The notes below the pieces were generated by a model. It ran no database searches. It was not told the DNA's origin and saw only the letters and a list, made by a program, of their open reading frames with translations. From Candidatus Hadarchaeales archaeon (lineage in GTDB: Archaea; Hadarchaeota; Hadarchaeia; Hadarchaeales; Hadarchaeaceae), in assembly GCA_038823825.1 (NCBI GenBank), contig JAWBCC010000002.1, positions 120,001-152,000 of the forward strand: DNA of 32,000 nucleotides, read 5' to 3'. Positions 7,753-15,338 of this stretch are shown here, in pieces; position 1 is the first letter of the stretch; each line of letters starts with the position of its first letter. The translations under genes were made by a program, and so were the position numbers.

Positions 7753-8255
7753 AATCCGTGATGCTCAGTCTAGTAGGAGAAGCCCTGTGGTTTATCCTGC
7801 CCGCATATTTTGCGAACGCTTCCCCCGTGATTTTTGGGGGAGGAAGACCCATCGATGGTGGAAGGAAGTTTAGGGATGGGCGGCCGATTTTCGGCCCGGG
7901 CAAAACCGTGAGAGGATTTCTTGGAGGGCTTTCAGTAGGTACGATTATTGGTGGGTTTCAGACCCTCACAACAAACAATTTGGGACTGCTTCCACTTGCT
8001 TTTCTTTTGTCACTTGGAGCGCTCTGTGGAGATCTCTTCGGAAGCTTTGTCAAGCGCAGATTGGGTTTCGAAAGAGGCAGACCGTTTCCCCTGCTAGATC
8101 AGCTCGGGTTCCTTCTTTTTGCAGTCATATTTGCTTTGCCATTACGTGTTCCATCTCTTTCGATTTTCATCATTCTTCTAGTAATAACTCCAATCATTCA
8201 TCTGCTAGCCAACTGTTTTGCTTATTCACTTGGACTGAAAAAAGAGCCATACTGA
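7749..8255 (+). CDS. carS: CDP-archaeol synthase (CDP-2,3-bis-O-geranylgeranyl-sn-glycerol synthase, DUF46)
   Basis: N-terminus WFILPAYFANASPVIFGGGRPIDGG...GKTVRGFLGG is the conserved CarS signature. It is a 168 aa polytopic membrane protein. The ATG overlaps the MFS stop (ATGA). Confidence 0.85.
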   Translation: MKSVMLSLVGEALWFILPAYFANASPVIFGGGRPIDGGRKFRDGRPIFGPGKTVRGFLGGLSVGTIIGGFQTLTTNNLGLLPLAFLLSLGALCGDLFGSFVKRRLGFERGRPFPLLDQLGFLLFAVIFALPLRVPSLSIFIILLVITPIIHLLANCFAYSLGLKKEPY

Positions 8256-8263
8256 AATACAAG

Positions 8264-8269
8264 TTTTTT
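8264..8269 (+). terminator. Oligo-T (T6) tract 9 nt after the carS stop; candidate archaeal intrinsic terminator
   Basis: TTTTTT was read directly. Oligo-T runs are the established archaeal RNAP termination signal. No experimental support. Confidence 0.3.
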
Positions 8270-8313
8270 GAAAAACCAATTTTTATATCCAAAGCCTGAC
8301 AGATAGATTAAAG

Positions 8314-8700
8314 ATGAACGAAGAAATTTTGCAGGAAATCGAAGATACTCTGCAAGAGCTTAGTAGGCTGGCTTCCGACGGGGCCGTCATAGTAGTGGAG
8401 GGAAAAAAGGATGTCTTTTCCCTCTCCAAACTCGGAATAAACGGTAGATTTTTCACCGTCATGAATGGTAGCAGCATGGTAAATAATATGGACGAGCTCA
8501 TGAAAGAGCGAGAGGTAATCGTTCTCATGGACTTCGATAGGCGAGGCCGAGAGATGGTTTCGTTCTGCAAGCGTCACCTAAGCGGAGTAAAAAATCTTCA
8601 CCTGAACACTGAAATATGGGAGAAGCTGAAAAGCTTGGTCGGAAAATACGTCAAAGACGTGGAGGGTCTGGCTTCCTATCTTGACTCAAGGAGATCCTGA
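8314..8700 (+). CDS. Small Toprim-domain protein (UPF0292 / RNase M5-like, COG1658)
   Basis: Toprim catalytic Glu (VIVVEGKKD) and DxD (VLMDFDRRG). The 128 aa length is typical of the archaeal UPF0292 family. TATA-like TTTTATAT sits at 8281-8288, ~30 nt upstream. Confidence 0.8.
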   Translation: MNEEILQEIEDTLQELSRLASDGAVIVVEGKKDVFSLSKLGINGRFFTVMNGSSMVNNMDELMKEREVIVLMDFDRRGREMVSFCKRHLSGVKNLHLNTEIWEKLKSLVGKYVKDVEGLASYLDSRRS

Positions 8701-9296
8701 TTTTTCATCCATTTCAAAAATTTTTCTACAAGTTCTTGTTTTAACCCAATTTTTAGAAGAGCTTCTTCTATCTCCTCTTGGCTTTTACCATTTTTCTTCA
8801 ACCTAGCGACCATCTTGGATATGGTTTCAAACAGCTCGTGCGGAAACCATATCCAAGCATCTGTTTCTCGCGCATAGAAATCTGGGACAACAACTGACCA
8901 AGGCTTGCAATAGAGAGCACAGATTTTGACTTCCCTTACTCCGCTCTCGAGCAGATGCTCCTTGACTAGCTGGAGACTCTTTCCCGAATCTGCAATGTCA
9001 TCTATCAGGAGAACCCTTTTCCCACTCACGTCGATTGGGAGAGGCTGGGTTATCTGCGGTTTTGGAGTAGTCTTATAGATGTCGATATAATGTTCGACCT
9101 TTATGGTGGCGATATTCGGATTTTCTAAAAGGTCCGAGAGAATCCTCCCGGGGATCCAACCACCACGGGAGATCGCAACCAGAATGTCCGGCTTGAAGCC
9201 ACTTCTCTTTATTTTTTCTGCGACCTCTAAACAGAGTTTATAAATTTCATCCCAGCTTGGAACTTCATGTTTGTCAGGCGGTGTGCCTTCGGACAT
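8676..9296 (-). CDS. hpt: Purine (hypoxanthine/guanine-type) phosphoribosyltransferase
   Basis: PRPP-binding motif VLLIDDIADSGKS, a flexible loop and the type I PRT fold order. Length is 206 aa. Confidence 0.8.
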   Translation of the reverse strand: MSEGTPPDKHEVPSWDEIYKLCLEVAEKIKRSGFKPDILVAISRGGWIPGRILSDLLENPNIATIKVEHYIDIYKTTPKPQITQPLPIDVSGKRVLLIDDIADSGKSLQLVKEHLLESGVREVKICALYCKPWSVVVPDFYARETDAWIWFPHELFETISKMVARLKKNGKSQEEIEEALLKIGLKQELVEKFLKWMKNQDLLESR

Positions 9297-9384
9297 CCGT
9301 TTTATTTTCGATTCTGATTTTTAAAAAAGGTGATTGAAGGGAGCACCGTTCTATTTTTAATCCCAGACAGTGGATTAAGACGCG

Positions 9385-9819
9385 ATGGACTGGTGGGTAT
9401 TCTTTCTCACGTTCGTACCCTTCTTAGAACTCAGAGCATCCCTTCCCGCCGCTCTAGCGATGGGATTTTCGCTCAGCTTTTCGCTTGCAGTATGTGTAAT
9501 TTTAAACATTCTGGTTATTCCACTGGCGTTTTTCCTTCTCGATTGGATAGTTCCACCGTTAAGGAGGAGATTCGAGATAGTGGACCGGCTCTACAAATGG
9601 AGTCTGCGCAGAGCAGCTACCAGAAATCCAGCTGGCTTTCTCGGCCTCTTCGCTTTCGTGGCCATACCGCTTCCTGGAACTGGGGTATATTCTGGATGTC
9701 TGATCGCCCACGTTTTAAGCATGCGTAGGTCTGCAGCCACCCTTGCCATGACTTTCGGAGTTCTTGTTGCGGCAGTATTAATAGCAACCGTCAGTTGGTT
9801 TTCATTTTCCCTTATTTAG
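9385..9819 (+). CDS. Small multidrug-export-like membrane protein (COG2426 / PF06695 family)
   Basis: A four-TM small protein whose N-terminus FLTFVPFLELRASLPAALAMG is typical of this family. Confidence 0.7.
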   Translation: MDWWVFFLTFVPFLELRASLPAALAMGFSLSFSLAVCVILNILVIPLAFFLLDWIVPPLRRRFEIVDRLYKWSLRRAATRNPAGFLGLFAFVAIPLPGTGVYSGCLIAHVLSMRRSAATLAMTFGVLVAAVLIATVSWFSFSLI

Positions 9820-10168
9820 AATTCTGCTTTTTAAGGAGCAGAATGGCTTCGGCTAGATCTCCATTGGTCCTCTCAAGTACACTTCTAGCTTCTTCTCTAC
9901 TCGCACCCGTTTGCTCCATAACTAGCCGCACGTCTTCTTCTTCAATTCTTCTCTTTTCCTCCTCCTTCCCGGAAATTTGATAAATCTTCTGCCCCTGTAT
10001 CTCGGTTATCGTCACGCTCGGTTCTTTGATGATGATCTCCTGCGAACGGGTTCTTATGACGATCTCTTCAACGTTCTCGAGCTCTGATATTTTCACCCCT
10101 AGCTGTTTCATCATCTTTTCCATCTGCCGTTTATTCATCCCCATCATGTTCACCATTCCTCCTCCCAT
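9812..10168 (-). CDS. nac: Nascent polypeptide-associated complex protein (archaeal NAC, NAC plus UBA domains)
   Basis: Start re-set to an internal ATG (MGGGMVNMMGMNKRQMEKMMKQLG...), which matches archaeal NAC N-termini. C-terminal UBA domain: EEDVRLVMEQTGASREEARSVLERTNGDLAEAILLL. The upstream 30 codons of the track ORF were rejected. Confidence 0.85.
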   Translation of the reverse strand: MGGGMVNMMGMNKRQMEKMMKQLGVKISELENVEEIVIRTRSQEIIIKEPSVTITEIQGQKIYQISGKEEEKRRIEEEDVRLVMEQTGASREEARSVLERTNGDLAEAILLLKKQNSK

Positions 10169-10628
10169 ATCCTCTTCTGACTCTGACTGCCAACCCACAT
10201 CTGACCTTACCCATCTCCACTCCAGCCAACATGGCAGTTCCGGTGGCCAAGAGTTCATCCTTTTCGTTCACGACTATTACCTCTTCGCCCGGTCTTATCT
10301 CTTGGTCCGCTCTTATGACGTGTTTGGCAAAGACGGTTTTCCCTTGCGCAACGAAAGGTGCCGCTTCATCGCTGACGATGACCCGTAACCTTGGCGTAGG
10401 AAAAGCTCTCAATAGTCCCATCGCCCCTCGTTTGTTTAGGATTATGTGACCATCGGATGCTCTGATAGCGCAGATGGGTTCTCCATTCATCCACACCTGT
10501 CTTATCCTCCCCTTACTTTTTACGATGAAAATTCCATCTGGAAAAAGTTTATCGCCAGCACCAGAACCAAAGAGATAATCCGCCATCATCCTCAACTTTC
10601 TCAATTCAGCTTCGTTGGCTTTTCTCAT
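10131..10628 (-). CDS. PUA-domain RNA-binding protein (MCT-1/Tma20-like, COG2016)
   Basis: C-terminal PUA block (VIVSDEAAPFVAQGKTVFAKHVIRADQEIRPGEEVIVVNEKDELLATGTAML). ATGA overlap with the upstream methyltransferase. Confidence 0.75.
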   Translation of the reverse strand: MRKANEAELRKLRMMADYLFGSGAGDKLFPDGIFIVKSKGRIRQVWMNGEPICAIRASDGHIILNKRGAMGLLRAFPTPRLRVIVSDEAAPFVAQGKTVFAKHVIRADQEIRPGEEVIVVNEKDELLATGTAMLAGVEMGKVRCGLAVRVRRGYGRRNGEHDGDE

Positions 10629-11455
10629 GTTGAAATCCTCCTTCCCACATCCGCATCGACAACGACATGTAAAACCTTTGGCGAGTATTTTTTGACAATC
10701 CTCACCTCAACCTTTTTTATTTCCCTTCCGACACCTTTTGTTATTCTCTGAAGAGGTCTTTCGAAAGCCATTTTCACCGGTACCGTCTCATGATAGTGGA
10801 TAACTCCTCCATCTTCTTTCAGCACTTCGCTGGCGAGTGGTAAGTAAACGTGACCAACGTGCAGAATTCCAAGTATGACTCTGTCGGCGATTCCGCGGGG
10901 AGCGACCAGTGCGCAGTCTCCCAAAATTGGCATAACGATATGTCCAACTTTGTTGAGCCTCACATTTTCACAGAGATATTTGTAAGCGATTGGGTTCTTC
11001 TCAATGGCATAGACCAGCTTGGCTCTTCCCCTTTTCGCAATCGGTATAGAAAACTGCCCTACTCCTGCGAAAAGATCTGCAACCACCTCGCCTTCTTTTA
11101 CGAGATCTGCTATTCTTTGTCTCTCTGACAAGTTTCCCTTCGAGAACATAGTTTCAGCCACGTCCAGCTTGAAAATACAACCAGCTTCCTTGTGTATTGT
11201 TTCTGTTTGAGGTTTACCAGCGATAATCTTTATGGTTGGCTTCCTCCTCCAGCCCTCGATTCCGCCGGTCTTCAGCGCCACCGTATCAACTTGACCGGTC
11301 TCCAAGATCTTCTTTGCAATGATCTCAGCTTCATTTGTGAGCTCATTTGGCAAGCTCAATATGGCTATTCTTCCGATTTGTTGAAAACCTCTAGGAACGA
11401 GCCGCAATTTCTCCTCGGATAAGACTCCCCGGAGAGCTTCCCTCAACCAGCTCAT
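10625..11455 (-). CDS. Trm5/Taw2 (Met-10+) family tRNA modification enzyme, class I SAM-dependent; the 276 aa size fits Taw2-type
   Basis: SAM motif VVADLFAGVGQFSIPIA, the NPxxxxxL..N motif (AIEKNPIAYKYLCENVRLN) and MFSKGNLSERQR. It lacks the long N-terminal D1 domain of full-length Trm5b. Confidence 0.85.
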   Translation of the reverse strand: MSWLREALRGVLSEEKLRLVPRGFQQIGRIAILSLPNELTNEAEIIAKKILETGQVDTVALKTGGIEGWRRKPTIKIIAGKPQTETIHKEAGCIFKLDVAETMFSKGNLSERQRIADLVKEGEVVADLFAGVGQFSIPIAKRGRAKLVYAIEKNPIAYKYLCENVRLNKVGHIVMPILGDCALVAPRGIADRVILGILHVGHVYLPLASEVLKEDGGVIHYHETVPVKMAFERPLQRITKGVGREIKKVEVRIVKKYSPKVLHVVVDADVGRRIST

Positions 11456-12912
11456 TTTCTCTTTCTCTTTTTCACAACTCCGGCTGCAGCAAGAATTCTG
11501 CGTTGAATTTCTGAATTGATTTTACTCTTGCTCATGTCCGCCGGAAAAGCCTTGAGTGGAATCGTTGCTCCGGCCATTTTGGCATGTCCACCTCCGCTCC
11601 CAATATTCGAGAAACTGTCTTTCATGAGTTTTCCGAGATGGAGAGTGTCTAACTTCGTTCTTGCAGAAACATAAATATTACCATCCATTTTTCCATAGAC
11701 CACAACGGTGTTCGGTCCTTCATACGATAGCAGATAATCAGCCACAATCGCAATGTCCTCTCTTTTGTCAACCTCGCCTAGATTGACAAATCTAAAGTCT
11801 CCCTTTATCTTAGAAGCTTTCAATGCCTTGCTCAAGAGTTCGATGTGTTCTGGTGATGGGTGAGAAGAGACCATTCTTATTCGCTGAAAGAGGCTTCTAT
11901 CCATCAATCCAGATAGATATCTGAAGTTTTCCAAATCGATCTCCGTCAGCTCCCTCGTCAGCCACATAGTGTCCGTTAGAAGTCCCATCATCAGCGCCGT
12001 CGCGGTCACAGAGTCTATCTGAATGTTGGCGTGCCGCAGAAAGCTTGTCATTATCGTGGAAGTGGAGGCAACCGGGAAGATCGCCACAAAGTTTCCTTTG
12101 ATTTCACTTTCTGGCACGATGTGATGGTCGATTATTATGGTTGGAATCTTTTCAGGAGGCAAGGCACAATTTGCAGAAGTAGCGACGTCGACTAAAGCTG
12201 TCCACTGATAGTCTTTATCCAAATCTACAGAATTCGCCTCTTTCAACTCAGCATTGAGGAGATTTATCAAGGCGACATTCTCAGGAAGCCCGATTACTCC
12301 GTCGTAGATGATATCTGCATCAACTCCCATTCTTTTCGCGTAAAGTTTTAGCGCAACACCGCTTGCGATGCTGTCAGGATCGGGATTCGTCTGGAGTATG
12401 ATCGCAAGTCTTCCAGCCTTTCTTCTCATGTCTTCCATTAACCTTCTCAATGTTTTTTCCTTCAACATGAGCGAAATTTCGTCGAAAAGAACCGATGCGG
12501 CAGATGCCATCAGCTGATTTTCCGGAAGAATGCCGCTTCCCCCATTTTTTTCGACCTCAGTTTTTTCCGCTTCGTCTTTCACTCTCACCATCACGACCGG
12601 CGTGAGACCCATGACGTTAAGTGTCTTTAAAGGTCCTTCGAACAGATTTCTGATCGTTCGCAGGATCTTCAAGTTTTTTTCAAAGTCGGGGAAGGTTATC
12701 AGAACGGCATCCATTTTCTCTATGCTTGCTTTCAGCAAAGTATCCGGAGAAGCTGGATCTCCGACAAGCACAGAATCATCAGAATAGCCGATTTTTTTCA
12801 GATGCCTTACACGTTCTGGATTATCTTCTATCACCACTATCTTCATCCTTCTGCCGGATAGTTCGCGCAGCAAAGAGAACCCAAAGTCGTCGCAGCCTAT
12901 AAGCATATACAT
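11452..12912 (-). CDS. DHH/DHHA1 phosphoesterase (NrnA-like) with N-terminal RCK_N/TrkA-N-like domain
   Basis: DHH motifs NPDPDSIAS, LVDVATS, IIIDHHIV and LLTDT, plus DHHA1 GSGGGHAKMAGA. The N-terminal ~130 aa resembles TrkA-N but has GCDDFG instead of GxGxxG. The ATG at 12912 is preferred over the TTG at 12924 (GGTGGT lies upstream). Confidence 0.85.
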   Translation of the reverse strand: MYMLIGCDDFGFSLLRELSGRRMKIVVIEDNPERVRHLKKIGYSDDSVLVGDPASPDTLLKASIEKMDAVLITFPDFEKNLKILRTIRNLFEGPLKTLNVMGLTPVVMVRVKDEAEKTEVEKNGGSGILPENQLMASAASVLFDEISLMLKEKTLRRLMEDMRRKAGRLAIILQTNPDPDSIASGVALKLYAKRMGVDADIIYDGVIGLPENVALINLLNAELKEANSVDLDKDYQWTALVDVATSANCALPPEKIPTIIIDHHIVPESEIKGNFVAIFPVASTSTIMTSFLRHANIQIDSVTATALMMGLLTDTMWLTRELTEIDLENFRYLSGLMDRSLFQRIRMVSSHPSPEHIELLSKALKASKIKGDFRFVNLGEVDKREDIAIVADYLLSYEGPNTVVVYGKMDGNIYVSARTKLDTLHLGKLMKDSFSNIGSGGGHAKMAGATIPLKAFPADMSKSKINSEIQRRILAAAGVVKKRKRK

Positions 12913-12960
12913 GGTACCACCCAATATACTCGTTACGTAAGGAATTTATCCTAAAAGTCG

Positions 12961-12972
12961 CTTATAAATAAT
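12961..12972 (+). promoter_or_regulatory. Candidate TATA box (CTTATAAATAAT) for the rpo7-spt4 operon
   Basis: AT-rich TATA-like element ~35-40 nt upstream of the ATG at 13004, with a GGTGA Shine-Dalgarno-like element at 12992-12996. Positional inference only. Confidence 0.35.
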
Positions 12973-13003
12973 ATATCCGTAAATCTGGATAGGTGAACAA
13001 AGC

Positions 13004-13531
13004 ATGTTTAAGCTCGTGAAGATAGAGGATACCGTAAGAGTTCCGCCAGACAAATTTAGTGAGCCGATCGAAAGCGCCGTCATTGACATTTTGCGAAAAA
13101 CCTACGTAGGAATAGCGGATAAAGATGTCGGAGTAATTTTAGCAATCACGAAGGTTGAGAAAATAGGAGAAGGAAGAATCATAATGGGAGACGGCGCCAG
13201 CCATCACGATGTAGTTTTTGAAGCCTTGGTGTTCAAGCCCGAGCTGGATGAGGTCGTTCTGGGAGAAATCGTAGACATCACAGATTTCGGCGCGTTTGTG
13301 AGGATAGGTCCTTTGGATGGTCTAGTCCACATCTCCCAGGTGATGGATGACTACATCAGCCATGACAGAAAGAAGGGCATCCTAATTGGAAAAGAGAAGA
13401 AGCTCGTGCTTAAAGTAGGAGACCATGTTAGAGCGAGAATCATGGCAATAGGAGCCGAAAAAATCGGCATGACAATGCGTCAGCCAGGCTTGGGTAAGCT
13501 AGAATGGTTGGAGAAGGAGGGCAAAAGTTGA
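13004..13531 (+). CDS. rpoE: DNA-directed RNA polymerase subunit E' (Rpo7), with S1 domain
   Basis: N-terminus MFKLVKIEDTVRVPPDKF and S1 motif GEIVDITDFGAFVRIGPLDGLVHISQV. Classic pairing with spt4 downstream. Confidence 0.9.
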   Translation: MFKLVKIEDTVRVPPDKFSEPIESAVIDILRKTYVGIADKDVGVILAITKVEKIGEGRIIMGDGASHHDVVFEALVFKPELDEVVLGEIVDITDFGAFVRIGPLDGLVHISQVMDDYISHDRKKGILIGKEKKLVLKVGDHVRARIMAIGAEKIGMTMRQPGLGKLEWLEKEGKS

Positions 13532-13704
13532 AAGCCTGCAAAAGATGCCGTGCACTAGTAGAAGGGAACAGATGCAGTTGTGGCGAGACAGCGCTTTCCT
13601 CCGAGTGGTTTGGTTACTTGATAGTTGAAAATCCGGAAAAATCTGAGATTGCGAAACATTTATCGATAAAAAAGCCTGGAAGATATGCAGTTAGAGTCAG
13701 ATAG
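13528..13704 (+). CDS. spt4: Transcription elongation factor Spt4 (RpoE'')
   Basis: Zinc ribbon CKRC...CSCG followed by SSEWFGYLIVENPEKSEIAKHL...GRYAVRV. The TTG at 13528 (GGAGG 7 nt upstream, TTGA overlap with the rpo7 stop) gives the usual ~58 aa. The track ATG at 13504 is the alternative. Confidence 0.85.
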   Translation: MKACKRCRALVEGNRCSCGETALSSEWFGYLIVENPEKSEIAKHLSIKKPGRYAVRVR

Positions 13705-15337
13705 ATCCTAGCTCGATCTCGAACACTGCGACTGGGTTCTCAAGTCCGAATTTTTCAAGAACGGCTGGGGATATCTCCCCCGTTATTCCTCTTTTTTTCT
13801 CATCTGATAGTATTTCTACAACCCTTCCCGAGATGAAACTGGGATGTTCTGTTTCTCTAATTTCCCATTTGAAAGATAGCTCTCTCATCACAGCTTCCGC
13901 CGCCGCCCTAATGTTCGCAAAGGTTGCTTCACTTCCGGTTATGGCTCCAGCAAGTCTCCGCACAGTTTTAGCGCGAGTTTCGTAGGTCGGGTCTAGCACG
14001 GCAACGTTTCCTATCTCAAAGATTTTCTGTGGTGTCGGATAATGTTTGTTCTCCGCTAACACTTCTAGGAGAGATGGTATTAGAGAAGATCTGATCACCG
14101 AGTATTCTGAGGACACTGGATTTCCAATTTCCACGAGTTCCTCTTCTACGCACATTTTGCCACAAACTTTTTCTTTACTTGAAAGTGTGTACGTCATCAC
14201 TTCTGTGAAGCCCAAGCCGATCATCACAAGTCTTGCCCAGTGAGATATCTTCTCTATCTGGGCTTCCTCCCCCTTGGTCAGCACAGAAGGGACGACCGGT
14301 TCCAATTTGTCGTATCCATAGCCAATCGCTACATCTTCGATCACGTCGATTTCGTGCATTATGTCTAAACGGTAAGAAGGGTAGAAAACTTCTAGCACCC
14401 CGCCACTTCTGTATATCTCATATCTCATCTTTCTGAGAATCTCCACAATTTCACTAGTTTTTAGATCAATTCCGATGGTTTCACAGACGTTTTTGGTGTG
14501 CACCCTAATCTGACCCGGTCGGAAATCCGGAGTTGTCCACGTTCTTCTTCCATTTTTTATTTTAACGTTTGCTATGCTATATCCTCGCTCGGCCAGAGCC
14601 GCCAACATGATGATTAGCGCACCGTGGACAGTTTTCCAATCCAAGCCAGTTACGTCCACGAATATCCTCCTGGTTTTTTTGGTGACTTTTGTATCCTCGC
14701 TGTTGACTATGGGTGGCATCGACAGCACTATCCCGGCAGAATCGATCAGAACTGGATATCTCGGCAGTCCTTTGAGTAGGTGTCCATACTCTATGCCTTT
14801 TGGATGTTTCTCCAAGATCTCAGCTGGGGACATCTCTTCCGAGAACCCAAGCGGGACAAACCTTAGTCCCTCGGGGTCTGTCGTTGTATAATGAATAGGC
14901 GGTTTAACGGTGTCGAGATCATAAACACCTATCGAGGCCTTTCTTCTCTTTCTTCCAAGCGACTCGTGGAGTTTTTCTTGTAGCTGCATTATCGATAGAA
15001 TTGCCTTTTCATTGAGCTTTACGTCTAATGCCACACCCGCCGCAATCATCGGTCTGACATCCTTCGTGCTTTTGTCAATGTATACCACTACCTCGGATTC
15101 TCTCACCTTGTATTTTGGCAGTCCAGTTTCTTTTCCAAGTATCCCCTTTAGAATTCTGGCTATTCCTTCCACGCTGAGCATGTCGGGTCTATTGTGCGGA
15201 ACCTCAACTTTAACTTCATTTCCATCGATTTCCGTCTCTAGCCCGAGAAGCTCCATAGAGTTGACAATTCTGTTTTGTCCAATCCTTCCTCCGACGAGTT
15301 TCAGCAAATCTTCCCAGTCGATCGTGATGGTTGGCAT
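13697..15337 (-). CDS. pheT: Phenylalanine--tRNA ligase beta subunit (archaeal type)
   Basis: Start set to the ATG at 15337 (MPTITIDWEDLLKLVG, the typical archaeal PheT N-terminus, 1 nt after the pheS stop). B3/4 and B5 domain order, ~546 aa. Confidence 0.92.
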   Translation of the reverse strand: MPTITIDWEDLLKLVGGRIGQNRIVNSMELLGLETEIDGNEVKVEVPHNRPDMLSVEGIARILKGILGKETGLPKYKVRESEVVVYIDKSTKDVRPMIAAGVALDVKLNEKAILSIMQLQEKLHESLGRKRRKASIGVYDLDTVKPPIHYTTTDPEGLRFVPLGFSEEMSPAEILEKHPKGIEYGHLLKGLPRYPVLIDSAGIVLSMPPIVNSEDTKVTKKTRRIFVDVTGLDWKTVHGALIIMLAALAERGYSIANVKIKNGRRTWTTPDFRPGQIRVHTKNVCETIGIDLKTSEIVEILRKMRYEIYRSGGVLEVFYPSYRLDIMHEIDVIEDVAIGYGYDKLEPVVPSVLTKGEEAQIEKISHWARLVMIGLGFTEVMTYTLSSKEKVCGKMCVEEELVEIGNPVSSEYSVIRSSLIPSLLEVLAENKHYPTPQKIFEIGNVAVLDPTYETRAKTVRRLAGAITGSEATFANIRAAAEAVMRELSFKWEIRETEHPSFISGRVVEILSDEKKRGITGEISPAVLEKFGLENPVAVFEIELGSI

Positions 15338-15338
15338 C

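Noticed and set aside
8263-8276. Short dyad GTTTTT-TG-AAAAAC after carS, considered as a hairpin terminator or protein site.
   Set aside because: The arms are A/T-only and the loop is 2 nt, so it cannot form a meaningful hairpin. It is more simply a T6 oligo-T termination signal, and is listed as a low-confidence terminator.
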